Positions 44,890 to 61,495 of a stretch of DNA of 64,000 nucleotides are shown one piece after another. The translations under genes and the position numbers were made by a program. The stretch is from the human T2T-CHM13v2.0 reference genome, Homo sapiens. Where the stretch lies: assembly GCF_009914755.1 (NCBI RefSeq), contig NC_060943.1. One strand, written 5' to 3'. Below the pieces are notes generated by a model. It searched no databases. It was given only the letters and a program-made list of their open reading frames with translations, and was not told where the DNA came from. Within the stretch, counting starts at the first letter, position 1, and every line of letters starts with the position of its first letter.

Positions 44890-45250
44890 GTAAGGGCGGC
44901 CGCGGGGGTCGCGGGCAGGGGCTGGGCCAGCGGTGGGGCTTGTCCGGGTGAGGGCGGCGGGGCGGGGGTCCAAGCGCCTCTGCGGCGGTGGGCGGGCACG
45001 GTCTCCGCGCGGGTTTGGAACTGAGTGTGGTCTTGCGCCCAGAAAACTGTCCAGAGACGTTGAGGTTTTTGCTTATTTGCAACCTGCCCCCCGTTGTTCA
45101 CTTTTCCGCGGCTTAGTTGGAAGGTGTAGCCCCTGTCTGTAGCCCACGTGACTTAGAATAAGGGGCTGCGTTAGACTCCTTAGATTTTAAGGGCGGTGGA
45201 GGTCGCTGGGTCCTTTCCAGGCAGGGTGGTGGTGGGCATCTGGCTTGCGC

Positions 45251-45690
<440 letters not shown>

Positions 45691-45878
45691 CTGCCTTCCC
45701 CTGCGTTTTTAGAGGCCTTTGGCCCGAGCTGTACGCTGCAGCACCTTGTCTGAGGCTGTGGTCTCCGGGCCGCTTGTTCTCTCTGAATCTCTGCAGTCAC
45801 ACGGTGGCTCTTGCATGTGAGGGGTGAGTCGCGCATATCTGGCGGGGGTGCCAGAGGGACTTGGCGTGTTCATTGTAG

Positions 45879-46459
<581 letters not shown>

Positions 46460-47501
46460 TGGCTCAGCTAATAAAGGCGCACATGACTCCAGTCCTTTGC
46501 GCAGCTTGTTCTTCCTGGCGTCCCGAGCTCTGGGAGGGGCCTGGGCCTGCTTCAGGTTCGTGGTGTGAGGAGGTTCAGGTTGGACGTTCGGGGGTGTGTG
46601 GTAGTGTTGTGTGGATGGTCTCTTGGTGTCGAAGACTGACAGCTGTGCGGGCCCTGCCCCAACTCGGCTGCCCCTGCTCCTGTCTGCAGGGACAGCTGTG
46701 GAGCTGGGTGCCCAAGCCCAGGTGTGTAGCTCCGTCCCTTTTGGCCCCCTCAGCGTTCTTGACCTCGGGGCAGCTGCCTGGCCTCACTCTGTCTTCTGGG
46801 TACCTCACGTAGAGGGGGCCACTCCTGGGCTAAGTGCAGCCCCTCAAGCCCTCACCTGGCCTGGGCTCTCCTTTCTGGCTTCCCTCATCTCCTGTGGAGG
46901 GTTCCCGCAGGAAGTGAAGCAGCAGCAGGAACCTTTGGGCCACCTGAGCCCCTCCCTTCTATCCTCACCCCTGCTTGGCTTCTTAGAAGCTCCTGACTCT
47001 CCTCCTGACACCACGCTGCTGGCATCTCCTCTCCCAGCAGGCTCCATGGCTGCAGCCAGCCCCATCCGCCCAGCCTGGGGCTTTGTGTCCGGGACAGAGC
47101 CGTGTCCCGTGGTTAGGCTGCACCATCCGTGGCCTGGCCAGCTCTGTCTCCTTTGCACAGAATGCTTGAAAGAACAGGACAAAGTGGCTGTGCCTGTGGG
47201 TGGGGGGCACCGTCCAGCCCTCCATGGGCTCTCTGATGGCCGTACGTGGGTTGGAGAACATGGTGAGAACTAACCCCGTTCAATGCTGGAGTCACCTCAG
47301 CCCAGAAGGTGGTAACTTTGCTCACTAAGCACCCAGCAGAGTGGCCCAGGGATGTGGGGTGGGCCTCCCCTTGGGCAGTGGACAGGAGGGTGAGAGCTCA
47401 GCCAGGCAGATGGGGGCAGGGGAGATGTGAGGAGCCCCACCTTCACCCTCAAATGGCCCACAACAGCCTCCTGTGGGCCCTCTTCTATAATGTTTCTCCA
47501 C

Positions 47502-47954
47502 TTTTTTTTTTAAATTTGTTGCCCAGCCGGAGTGCAGTGGTGTGATCATGGCTCACTGCAGCCTAAATCTCATGGGCTCAGGTGATCTTCCCACTGCTTC
47601 CCAAAGTGCTGGGATCACAGGCATGAGACACTGCAGCTGGCTATATCTTCAAATTTAAACATGATTTGCAGCCAGGCGCGGTGGTTCACGTCTGTGATCC
47701 TAGCACTTTGGGAGGCCGAGATGGGTGGATCACCTGAGGTCAGGAGTTCGAGACCAGCCTGACCAACGTGGTAAAACCTTGTCTCTACTGAAAATACAAA
47801 AAAATTAGCCTAACTGGGCATGGTGGCATGCGGCTATAATCTCAGCTACTTGAGAGGCTGAAGCAGGAGAGTCACTTGAACCCAGGAGGCGGAAATCGCA
47901 CTCTAGCCCGGGCAACAAGAGCTAGACTCTGCCTCAAAAAAAAAAAAAAAAAAA
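47502..47954. mobile_element. Internally deleted Alu fragments, head-to-head
   Basis: Alu - ~47502-47642 and Alu + ~47670-47954. Confidence 0.8.
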
Positions 47955-48423
47955 ACCATGATTTGCTCGTGTTCTTACCTCTCGATTTGGAATTAAGTTA
48001 CATTACAGAGAAAGTGTGGGTCCGTGTTTTTCTCTCTGTTTGGGAAAAGGTGGGTTGGACAGAGGAAGGATGGCCCAGGGTTATAAGCTTGGCTCCAGTA
48101 CAGCCGGGAGACCCCCAGGCAGCATGAGTCGGTGGGACTGGACCTGCCTGGCTGGTGTCCAGAGGGGCCCGTAGCCAGTGGGACGGTGCTGCACGTGGTC
48201 GTGCCTCAAGCCCTCCACTGCACCGGGCGCCCTGGCCAACCCTGCCAGGAAGTAAGGAGACCGGGGAGGCCACTGAGGGCCTGGACCTGGCTGGGTAGTC
48301 AGAAGTGGGGGCAAGTCTTGGCTGGCAGCCCCTGAGATGTGTAGAATGTTTGAAAATTCGCCTGTGGGTTGACCTGAACCCACCGGGCTTGAAACCAACG
48401 GTCCAAAGTTTGGAGTGTGGTCT

Positions 48424-50783
<2,360 letters not shown>

Positions 50784-52283
50784 CCACGCTTCTGTTTCTA
50801 CCCTCTGGTCCCACACCCCGCTCCAGAATCTGCATGGACTCTCCCAGACCTGCCCGGCCCCATCTGTGCCGTCTCAGACAGACAGCTCCGTCCTCATCAG
50901 GTTCAGGTCTGGCCCCGGCGCTTGCGGGTCAGCTGCCTTCAGGCCCTGTCCTGGTTCCCGGCGCTTCTCACATCCCCGCGGCCTCCCCCCTGGACGGCAG
51001 TTTACACTGAACTCGGCGCCCTCCCCTGACTTCTGAAGGAGGAGTCCTGGGTGGCCCCGAAGCCTCCCCGGCAGCCGCACGGCTCCGTCCCCGCTCCAGG
51101 GTTCAGCTGAGGCACCTGCTGGAGGCGGCCTGTCCCCGCCGCCCTGCTAAAGCGGCGCCCCTTTCTCCGGCCGCTCGTTCTTTGGTTTCCAGGGACTTTG
51201 CACAATTCATAACACCCCTCTTAGCCCCCATCCTGCCCGGGCCGCATCTTCCGCCCGATCATCCGGCCCTCGACCCGCGCAGCCGCCTCCGCCCTCCTCT
51301 CCCGGCACCGCCCACGGCCTGTTCTCCCCGCAGCCGCCAGCGGGCGCCCGCGAGCCTGGAGCCGGGCGCGGCCCTGCTCTGTCCACAGCCCGCGGTGGCT
51401 CCCACCTCCCGCTGGGCCTGCGCGACCTGCCCCCCGGGGCCTCCCAGCCCTCACTGCCCTCGCGGGCTGCACTCTCCCCCAACACTCCCCAGGGCTGTTC
51501 GGCCTCCCCAGCAGCTCCCCATGCCCTGCCCGCCGCGCTGGCGTCTCTCCCAGCCCGCTGCAGTCCCCTCGTTCACGTCAGCTTCCCAAGGGCCTGGATT
51601 TTGTTTTGTTCAGTGCAGGGGGACCCAGCACACAGTAGGTGCTTTATAAATGCTTGTTGCATGAATGTCCGCGTTCGGTGTCGCCCCCTTACGGCGGCCC
51701 CCCGCGCGCCCAGCTCGGCGCCCAGCAAGCCTTGTGCGCGCAGGTGATGTTTGCTGAATGACTAATGAACCTCAGCGCGCCAAGCCGGGCTGATTCGGGG
51801 GTGGTTCCGAGCTTCCGCAGGGTGACCGTCCGCGGGCAGCGGACCACAGCCGCATGGCGACGCCGCCTCTGGCCCCCCGCGACCCCCATTCCCCGTGGGA
51901 CCTCTCGTGCCCCCACCCCCACCCGGCCTCCTCCCCGCCGCCTCGGGCCCCCCCAGCCTCCTCCGCATTCGAACTCCCCAGCGTGGTCGGACCCGGACCC
52001 TGGCGCCGCTCGGCCCACGCGAGTCCCCTCCCCTCTCTCCCATCCTTGGATCTCCCACCGCCCCTCCGCAGCCTCGGTCCCGCGAGACTCCCCAGCCCCC
52101 GCGAGCACCCCCAGACCCCACGGTACGCCCTCGCCCCTTTCGGGAGGAGCCCCGCCCCGGGCCCGCGGACTGACCCCTCCCGCCCCTCTCCGCGCAGGCG
52201 CAGGGCGGCCCCGTTCGCGTCCCGCACCCCCACCCTGGCCGCCGAGGGGCGGGGCGCGGCGGGTCCGGGGCGGCCGCGGCTCC

Positions 52284-52337
52284 ATGGGGCTCCTGGGGCT
52301 CCTGAGCCTGCTGCACTCGGCCTTCTTCCGGGACCAG
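52284..52337 (+). CDS. APC2: Candidate upstream coding first exon of APC2 (MGLLGLLSLLHSAFFRDQ)
   Basis: CCATGG start, 18 codons, phase-0 donor that joins in frame to the APC2 exon 2 acceptor (58980) or exon 3. Confidence 0.6.
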
Positions 52338-53013
52338 GTAGGGCGCGTGGGTCGAGCCGTTGGGGAGGGCTCCGGGCCGCGCAGGAACGGGGCGGGGTCC
52401 ACACCGCGGGAACAGCGGGCGCGGCGGCGGGGGGCGCATGGGGCGAGCGCGCGGAGGCTGCAGAGTCGGGGGTCTAGTGCCGTCGCCGTAGAGACCGTTG
52501 CCGGGAAACCGCCTCGGAAGGCTGGCGGGGATGGAAGCCCCTCTCGTGCGCCGCTGCGACCCCCAGCCCCGGGTCTGCGCAAGCGCAGGGCTCGCCCAGC
52601 CCAGCCCTCGGCCTCTGCAGGAGACCCTCGGACCCCTCCTCACTGCGCCGACGCGGAGGCTGCGCCAGCTGGGGCGGCGGGGGCGGCTGCGGGGGCATCC
52701 TGCGGAGGCTCGGCCCTGCGCAGGGTGGGGGCCTGGGCCACGCCCTGCGCTTCTTTGGGCCTCAGTTTCCCCTTCTGGGCGCGAGCGTATGGCCTGCTTT
52801 GACGTTCGCCGCCGCTGCTGTTCGTATCCGTCCGCTCCCGACCCCAGCGCTTCTCCAGCCTCCGGAATCGTCTGAATTTCGCGGCTGTGACATCCCTCAT
52901 TGGAGGGGAAACTGAGGCTGGGGGGTGCAGCGGGGAGCCCAAGGTCACGCTTCGAGGCCGGAGCCTCGTTGCGGAGCTAAGGCGCCCGCAAGAGAACGCG
53001 GGGCGGGGGCCGG

Positions 53014-53034
53014 GGAGCTGTCCGCGGTGCTGAC
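53014..53034 (-). promoter_or_regulatory. RE1/NRSE (REST-binding) element
   Basis: Minus strand GTCAGCACCGCGGACAGCTCC vs consensus TTCAGCACCACGGACAGCGCC; both half-sites and 2-nt spacer intact. Confidence 0.85.
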
Positions 53035-54309
53035 GGAGGCGCACGTCTGCCGACTCGCCGCCGGGGAAACTGAGGCCCATAGCGGCGGTCAGGCTTCAGG
53101 GCGCGGCCTGGACCGGCCTACCCCACCCTCCCCCACCTCCGGTGGCCTCCTCACCGGTCAGGGCTCTGCCCGGCCACCCAGCCGGCGGCGGGCCGTCTCT
53201 ATCCTCCCGCGATGACCTGGTGCCTTCTCTGTCCCCACCCAGCTCCCGATGGGGGCCGCCCCTGTTTCTGCCTCTAGCCCCTGGCACAGAGGAGGCATCA
53301 AGGGGGCGGGGACAGCTCGAGGTCAGACTCAGAAGGCTCAAAGACACTCCAAGAGTGAGCCGTGTGCCAGGCTGCGGACTTGCGGGGAGGTGTCACAGGA
53401 CAGGGGTGGGGGAGTGAGCATTTCATGGAACTTCCCCTTTAGCCCAGCAGCAGTAGGGGGCGTGGAGGACCCCAGGGAGGAGCCTAGGTCGGGGTCTTGG
53501 GCTAGGCCCTGCGTTCTGCAGTGGGAGAAGGGGGAGACCTCTCTCAGTCTCCTGAAGTCCTAGGGGGCTGTGGGGGGTTCTTGAGGCTCTGAAATGTCTG
53601 GTGATGTCTGAGTGTGGCTGTGGTTCAAGGATTTACAGGGTCGAGGATTTTAGTGTGTGGGGGGGGATTGTTCAGGGACATAATGTTTTGTAGATTTGGG
53701 GCCAAGGGCATCTTGTCTTGGGGTCTCAGCCCCCATGTACCCTCAGCCCTCCAGGCCCTGGCCACCCCCAGAGGGATAAGAAGGGAGGTTCAGTGTCACT
53801 CCGGAGGCCTGGCTGGCACAGGTGAACTCAGGCAACACGTTCCCTGGCCCAGGCCTCAGTTTCCCCATGTATACAAGGACAGGACTGACCTTGGATCCCC
53901 CAAACCCCTGCCTGATGGGGGCCTGGGGAGCTGAGACATCTGAAACTACACAGGGAGGTGGGACTTAGTTCCTCTTTGGGGGAGGCAGGGATCATCCAAC
54001 CCACCCTTCAGTAAACAAGACTGGAAACCGAGGCCAGAGAGAGACATGCCCAGGGGGACACAGGGACAACAAGGCTGAGCTGAAGCCAGGGCCCTGGGCT
54101 CTGCATCCCCAACCCCATTTCAGCCTCGCCCAGCTCTGCCCCGGCTTGACCTGTCAAACCCCACCACGCGCCCTACCCCATGGCTCCACCAGACACCCCC
54201 TGTGTCCCAAGCATGCATTGATCTTCCCTCAGCCTGGAACGCCTCTCCTCCTGATCACTGCTGTTCACTTCTCAGGGCAGCCTTCCAGCCTCCAGAAAAA
54301 AATCCCCTT

Positions 54310-55073
<764 letters not shown>

Positions 55074-56027
55074 CTACGGGGCCTTGAATACTCGGACCTT
55101 CCCACCCTCTCCTATCATTCCCTGCACCAGCCCTTGCAGAATCTTCCGCCTCCTCTCCATTTTACAGAGGAGGAAACCGAGGGTTGAGCGGCGAATGATT
55201 TGCCCTGCCTGCCCAGCACGGAAAAAAATCACTCTTCTGGCCCCAGTCGCCTCCCTTTCTGTGCTGTGAGTCTGTGTCCAGAGCAGGAAGGGCTGCTCCG
55301 AGCTGCAGGGACGGGCTCTGTGTGTTAAACCTTCAAATGGCTTCCAGGGACTCATGGAGCATCCAGGACACCTGGAGATGGCGACTCCTGGGACCCCTGG
55401 CCCTTCCCTCCTCTGGCCTTCGGTCCGTGAGGGTGAATTAAGTGTGCCACCCACCAGGGGCAGAGACACATGGAGACAGAGATTGAGAGACAGAGAACAG
55501 AGGGGGAGACAGAAAGAGAGAGGGACATGAAGAGCAACGGAGTTACAGGAGGATCTGACGCTCCGTTGGGGAGACAGGGAGAAATGTGGGGAGATGCAGC
55601 GTCCCAGGTGCTCCCCAGTGGCCCTGCCCCTCCTCCCCTCTCCCCTCCCCACCAGGCAGGACCCTCAGGGAGCTCCAGCCTGGACCCGAACCCTGTCCCA
55701 CCCTGACGCACCTGCACCAGGCCAGGCTGGACCTGTGGGGTGGGTGCAGGCCTGGCCCCAGCCCGGCCACTGCCCTGGAAACCCCTCCCCCGCCAAGATG
55801 CTGATGTAACATCCAGGATTTGATGTTTTACTCTCCAATTCTGCAAATCCAGACGCAGGAGGTTTTAAGAGGCCGTTGCACCCTGCAATAAAGTGCGGGA
55901 CACAGGAATCTTGGTCCTCGGGGCACCCCCTTCCCTCGGGGGGGTTTCGCCCCCCGCACTCACGGCCCCTGAGCCCGCGCGGAGGCCCGACGCCCCGCGG
56001 CCGACGCCGGTCCCCGCCCCGGGCCGC

Positions 56028-56080
56028 CATTGGCTGTTGCCATGGCACCAGCCCGTCTTCCCGCGCCCTCATTGGCTGTC
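56028..56080 (+). promoter_or_regulatory. APC2: APC2 proximal promoter: CCAAT - RFX X-box - CCAAT
   Basis: ATTGG at 56029 and 56071; GTTGCCATGGCACC at 56036-56049. Confidence 0.7.
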
Positions 56081-56119
56081 TCACCCGCATCCCTCATCCC
56101 GCATCCTCCCCCGCTCGCG

Positions 56120-56326
56120 GTGGTCTCGCCCAGCGCTAGGAGCGGCAGCGCCGCCTGCCCAGGCCCGGACCGGGCTTTGTCCGCCCCGGAGCCCCTGCCC
56201 GCGCCGCGGAGACCCCGGAGCCCGCGCGCTCCGAGGCCACCCCGGGCCGGGATTTCCGGTGGGGCCCGCGGAGCCGCGCAGAGGGAGGAGGCCCCAGACC
56301 CAGGCGCCCCGCCAGCCCAGCTGCAC
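56120..56326 (+). other. APC2: APC2 non-coding first exon (start approximate)
   Basis: CpG island downstream of CCAAT boxes, ending at donor CAC|GTAAGC. Confidence 0.7.
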
Positions 56327-58997
56327 GTAAGCGGGTGTGTGTCCTCGGGGAGGAGGGCAGGGGCGCGACCTCCGCCTCGCGTCGAGGTTTCCATCCCTGG
56401 CTCTCAGCATTGCCCGTCAGCACAGACTCTGGACCCTCCATTTCCCCAGAGTGGGAGCTGGAGGGGAAACTGAGTCCCGGTGAGCTGGGCGTCAGCGTTT
56501 CTGCAGCCGGTCCTGCGCACACACCCACTCACGGGCTTCACCATCCGGACCTCCCTGAGGTGATCGGAGGAAGGGATGGGCAGGCCAGTGGTGTGTCTTC
56601 GGGGGTGTTGCTGCACCTCTCTGGGTGTCAGTTTCCCTCTCTGGAAAGAGGGGGTTTGGATTAAAGGAAGGAGAAAGGCCCCTTTGGGCCTGGCTTCCCA
56701 TACCTGTGCCTCCCTCCCCTGAAATGCAGCCCGCTCAATAAGACCAGCCCCCAGTCATGGTGCCTTCAGGGAGTGATCGCTCAGGAAGGCCCCCAGGAGG
56801 CTACACGATGCAACCTGGGGGTGAAAGTAGGCAGAAGAGCTTCGTGGAAGAAGCTGCACTGTGTGGGATGGCAGGACTTAGAAAAGGTGCTCTAGGCAGG
56901 GCAACTGCACGTGCAAAGGCCTGAGAGAAGAGAGCCTCCAGCCTCTAAGTGAGTCGCGGTGTACATGGAGGAGTCGGAGCGTATCCTGAGGGCACTGGGG
57001 AGCCATGGAAGGTGTTTGAGCATGGGAGAAATGGGATCTCACTTGTGACGTTTAAAGCTCCCTCTGGCTGTGCATGGGGGACTGTGGGAGGCCAGGAAGA
57101 GGCTGATCAGAATGTCCTCACAGAGGGGTGTCAGGAGCTGGGGGAGGCATGATCCCGCTGGGCAGAGCTTGGAGGGACTAGCTTAGTCTGATGAGGATGC
57201 AGAAATGACCACCGAATGTGGGGAGAGGGAAGGTGTCTGAGGCTTGGCTTCGGTCAGCTGAGAAGAACCACGTGGGGGAGGCCTGGGTTTGGGGAGCAGG
57301 AGGCAGACATGTGTTGCTTTGCACGTCATCTGGTCCTTCCACCTGGCTGGGCATGGGATGGTGACCTCAGCTGGAACATGGGGCTCGAGCCAGACCCCAG
57401 GGTCTCCCTGCGTGTAGCCCCCAACCCCAAGCCTGATCCCCACTGGAGACCTGAACAGCCTTGGACATCATCGGATCAGGGTGGGAGGTGCCAGCCTCTG
57501 CCACCTGACTTCCAGTCCCTGTGCCCCTCCCACCCTGCCCTTGGGCACTCCTGCCCTGCAGGTTCCTCAGAGGGGCAACCCAAAGCCAGAGAGGGGCGGG
57601 TCTTGTCGGGCCTCCAGCCTGGACTTCCCAGCCCCTCTGGGGCAGCATCTGGGTGCCAGACCTCGGTTCCTAGGGCCTCGTTTCTCCCTCTGGGAACAGC
57701 CAAATGGTGGTCCCTGAGACTCAGGACAGACCAAGAAGGAGCCGGATGACATGGCAAGCCACACACTGCGTCCCCTGAGCAGGACGGGACAGCCCGACTC
57801 CATCCTCCCACCTGCGACTGAGCCCCCACCCCTACTCCTGTCCCAGCCGTGCCCCTGGTGACATTTGGGTGGGAGGGGAGGGGATGAGGGGGCACCTGGG
57901 GGTCAGAGAACAAATGACGGGTGAATACATGTGTGTGGCCAGGTGGAGGAGGGAGGGGAGGAGCAGGTGGGCTGGACAGGGCCGGTGTGAGGAAGGGGCT
58001 CAGGCTGGCAGGGGGAGGTGGCAGAGGGATGGGCTGCCATTGGTGCGTCTGAGACAAAGGCGGAGGGAGGAGGCGAGCGCTGATGGGAAAGGAACAAAGA
58101 GGGAAGGGGGGCGTGAAGGGGGGCTCCGGCGGGAGGGCCGAGCCGAGGGAGGAGGCGCCGGCCAGCTGGACAGAGGGAGGAGGCCAGGCCAGAGCCAGAA
58201 GACGGCCAGAGGCACAAAGAAGCCAGCGCGCTGGCAGAGTCAAGGGATGGGGCAGGGGCTGCCGGGGCCAGCAGGGACCAGCTGAAGGCTGCGCAGGGGG
58301 TGCGGGCCACACAGGTAGCCACCCTGAGCTCAGCCACCGATGGAGGGTCGTGGGGCTGCTGCGGTGATGGCGGTGGGCTTGGGTCCATCTGTCCTGCCGT
58401 TTCTGCACAGCTTAGGTGTCACCCACTGGCCTTCGTGGTGTTTTCATTGTCCATCGGCAGGGACAGCTGGTGGTCTGTCCGCCCCGCGTGTCTGGCTGTC
58501 AGCCTCTGGGCAGGCTTGCTTTTATGGGGGAGGGTCCTGTCTGTCTGTCTGTCGCCCTCTCTGGCTGTGAGCCTGGGGGTGCTGGGCTGGCCAGTCGGCT
58601 TGCTGGGTTAGGCTGTCCCAGCTGTCTGTGTGTTTGTCCGGCTGTCAGGATGTGTCCTGGGGGCTGGGAAGGAGAGGCCGACCCATCGTCTGTCGGTCGA
58701 CTGGTCAGTTGGACGTTCAGCTGTCTGTACGTCTGTCTGCTGGCCCCTCTGTCTCCCCTTGGGGCCACCTCTCACTCCACCTGCCCCTCTGCGCCCCGGA
58801 TTGCCTGGCCAGCACCACGTGGGCCTGTACTTGTCCACACCAGTGACTCCTGCCTGAGACCCCCCCCAACCCAGGATCAGGCAGGACGGCTGGGGCTTAG
58901 GTCAGGGGCCGTCTGTCCGGAAGGCATCACCGCGCCCTCCCCAGACCATCAGCTGAACCCTCTGACCCTGTGATCCCAGACGCTGCAGGAGCTGAAG

Positions 58998-59138
58998 ATG
59001 GCGAGCTCCGTGGCGCCCTACGAGCAGCTGGTGAGGCAGGTGGAGGCCTTGAAGGCTGAGAACAGCCACCTGAGGCAGGAGCTAAGGGACAACTCCAGCC
59101 ACCTGTCCAAGCTGGAGACAGAGACGTCGGGCATGAAG
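58998..59138 (+). CDS. APC2: APC2 (APCL) first canonical coding exon
   Basis: MASSVAPYEQLVRQVEALKAENSHLRQELRDNSSHLSKLETETSGMK, APC-family N-terminal coiled coil; acceptor at -18. Confidence 0.97.
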
Positions 59139-59242
59139 GTGGGGGCCTACATGGAGGAGGTGGGCTAGGGTCCCGGGGTGGTGCCCCCCGGCAGCCCAGT
59201 GCAGTGGCTGATGGCTTCCCGCCCTCTTTCCCGCCCCTGCAG

Positions 59243-59333
59243 GAGGTCCTGAAGCACCTACAGGGAAAACTGGAGCAGGAGGCCCGAGTGCTGGTGTCCT
59301 CGGGGCAGACGGAGGTGCTGGAGCAGCTGAAGG
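59243..59333 (+). CDS. APC2: APC2 exon 3
   Basis: EVLKHLQGKLEQEARVLVSSGQTEVLEQLK; 91 nt. Confidence 0.96.
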
Positions 59334-59426
59334 GTGAGCGGTGGGGCCACCCGCAGAGGGAGTGGGGGAGGCTGGGGGGAAAGGCAGGCAGGGCCGCTGA
59401 CCTCCGCCCTGTCCCCGCCCATCCAG

Positions 59427-59607
59427 CCCTACAGATGGACATCACCAGCCTGTACAACCTCAAGTTCCAGCCGCCCACCCTGGGCCCGGAGCCTGCCGCC
59501 CGGACCCCCGAGGGCAGCCCAGTACACGGCTCCGGGCCCTCCAAGGACAGCTTTGGGGAGCTGAGCCGGGCCACCATCCGGCTGCTGGAGGAACTGGACC
59601 GGGAACG
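59427..59607 (+). CDS. APC2: APC2 exon 4
   Basis: (A)LQMDITSLYNLKFQ...ATIRLLEELDRE(R); 181 nt. Confidence 0.95.
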
Positions 59608-60359
59608 GTGAGTGGGCGTGGGAACCCAGCCTCGGGCAGCTGGAGCATGACTCGGTCCCCAGCGGGCTCTGCCCTCTAATTCGCCCACCCGCATATGTCT
59701 CCGCCCACACCTCACACGCCCCACCCACTTGCATATGGCACTGCCCACCGAACAACCCCGCCCACCTCGGAGCTTCGTCCCCACGTGGCCTCCCTCCCCC
59801 TCCCCAGCCCGGCTGACCTCTGCTGGAGTTCAGAGAGGATGGGGGACGTTCCTGGCTGAGGGAAAGGCTCCTTGGAGACGTCCCCAGGGGTCCGAGACAC
59901 GCAGGCGTCGCCAGGGACCGGGCTGTGTCCGGTGCCAGGGCTCAGCCAGGCCTGGAGCCAGGCGGGCTCAAAGCCGTCTTTGTAGAGAGCTGTGGCCCAA
60001 GAAGCGTGGGCTCAGGGCCAGCAGAGGGAGGCAGGGTCCGGGCACCCTGTGCAGCTGGGAGGGGTCATGTGGGGTCAGATGGGGCCATTGAAGAGCAGCG
60101 TGGGGTTGTCTGTGCTCTGCTGTGGGACCTCACTCAGCTCCCCTAAACCCTCCCAGCCTAAGACTCCTGCCCTGTAAAATCGGAATGGCCGTGTCTCCCA
60201 TGAGGTTAAGGGAAACCTCTGTTGCACCTGGAGCACTTTGAGCCTGAAGCTACCTTGTAAGCTGGAGGGAGGTTAGCAAGTATGGGAGAAGTGTTAGAGG
60301 CAGGACAGCCTCCCTCAGTCTTTCTTCAAGGAGGAGAATTTCCAAAGGAATTGCTTTCT

Positions 60360-60910
<551 letters not shown>

Positions 60911-61143
60911 GTCTCGCTATGTTGCCCAGACTGTTTTCTCTCCTTTAATTTTTTTGCATCCCCCAGTTAATTTCAATACCCACCCCCCCCCCTTACCCTA
61001 GCTCGGGGAGTGCCACGGGAGAGACCTTGCCATGTTGCCTGTTAACCTTGGCATACAGTAAGCGCTAACAAGTGATTACAAATATCAAAATAAACACACA
61101 CGGCGCCGCCCTCTGAGCCCGCCCCCGCTGACTTGCTCCCCAG

Positions 61144-61252
61144 GTGTTTCCTGCTGAATGAGATTGAGAAGGAGGAGAAGGAGAAGCTCTGGTACTACTC
61201 TCAGCTGCAGGGCCTGTCCAAGCGCCTGGACGAGCTGCCGCACGTGGAGACG
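61144..61252 (+). CDS. APC2: APC2 exon 5
   Basis: CFLLNEIEKEEKEKLWYYSQLQGLSKRLDELPHVET; 109 nt. Confidence 0.97.
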
Positions 61253-61378
61253 GTGAGCCGGCCGGGGAGCCAGGGGGCAGCGCGCCCGCCCCACTCAGGG
61301 TGCGGGAAGCGGCGTGGGGGAGGAACGGGGCCTGGCCCGGGCGCCCCTCACCGTGGCCCGCCCGCCTGCCTTTGCCAG

Positions 61379-61495
61379 CAGTTCTCGATGCAGATGGACC
61401 TGATCCGGCAGCAGCTTGAGTTCGAGGCCCAGCACATCCGCTCGCTGATGGAGGAGCGCTTCGGCACCTCGGACGAGATGGTGCAGCGGGCACAG
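61379..61495 (+). CDS. APC2: APC2 exon 6
   Basis: QFSMQMDLIRQQLEFEAQHIRSLMEERFGTSDEMVQRAQ; CAGCAG acceptor. Confidence 0.96.

Larger units (their letters stand above)
51680..53120 (+). promoter_or_regulatory. APC2: CpG island, candidate distal APC2 promoter
   Basis: CpG-dense, GC boxes upstream of an ATG-containing exon with CAG|GTAGGG donor. Confidence 0.75.

Noticed and set aside
51689-52802. ~300-345-aa ORFs across the distal APC2 CpG island
   Set aside because: Low-complexity GC ORFs; only the 18-codon segment bounded by ATG and a splice donor looks coding
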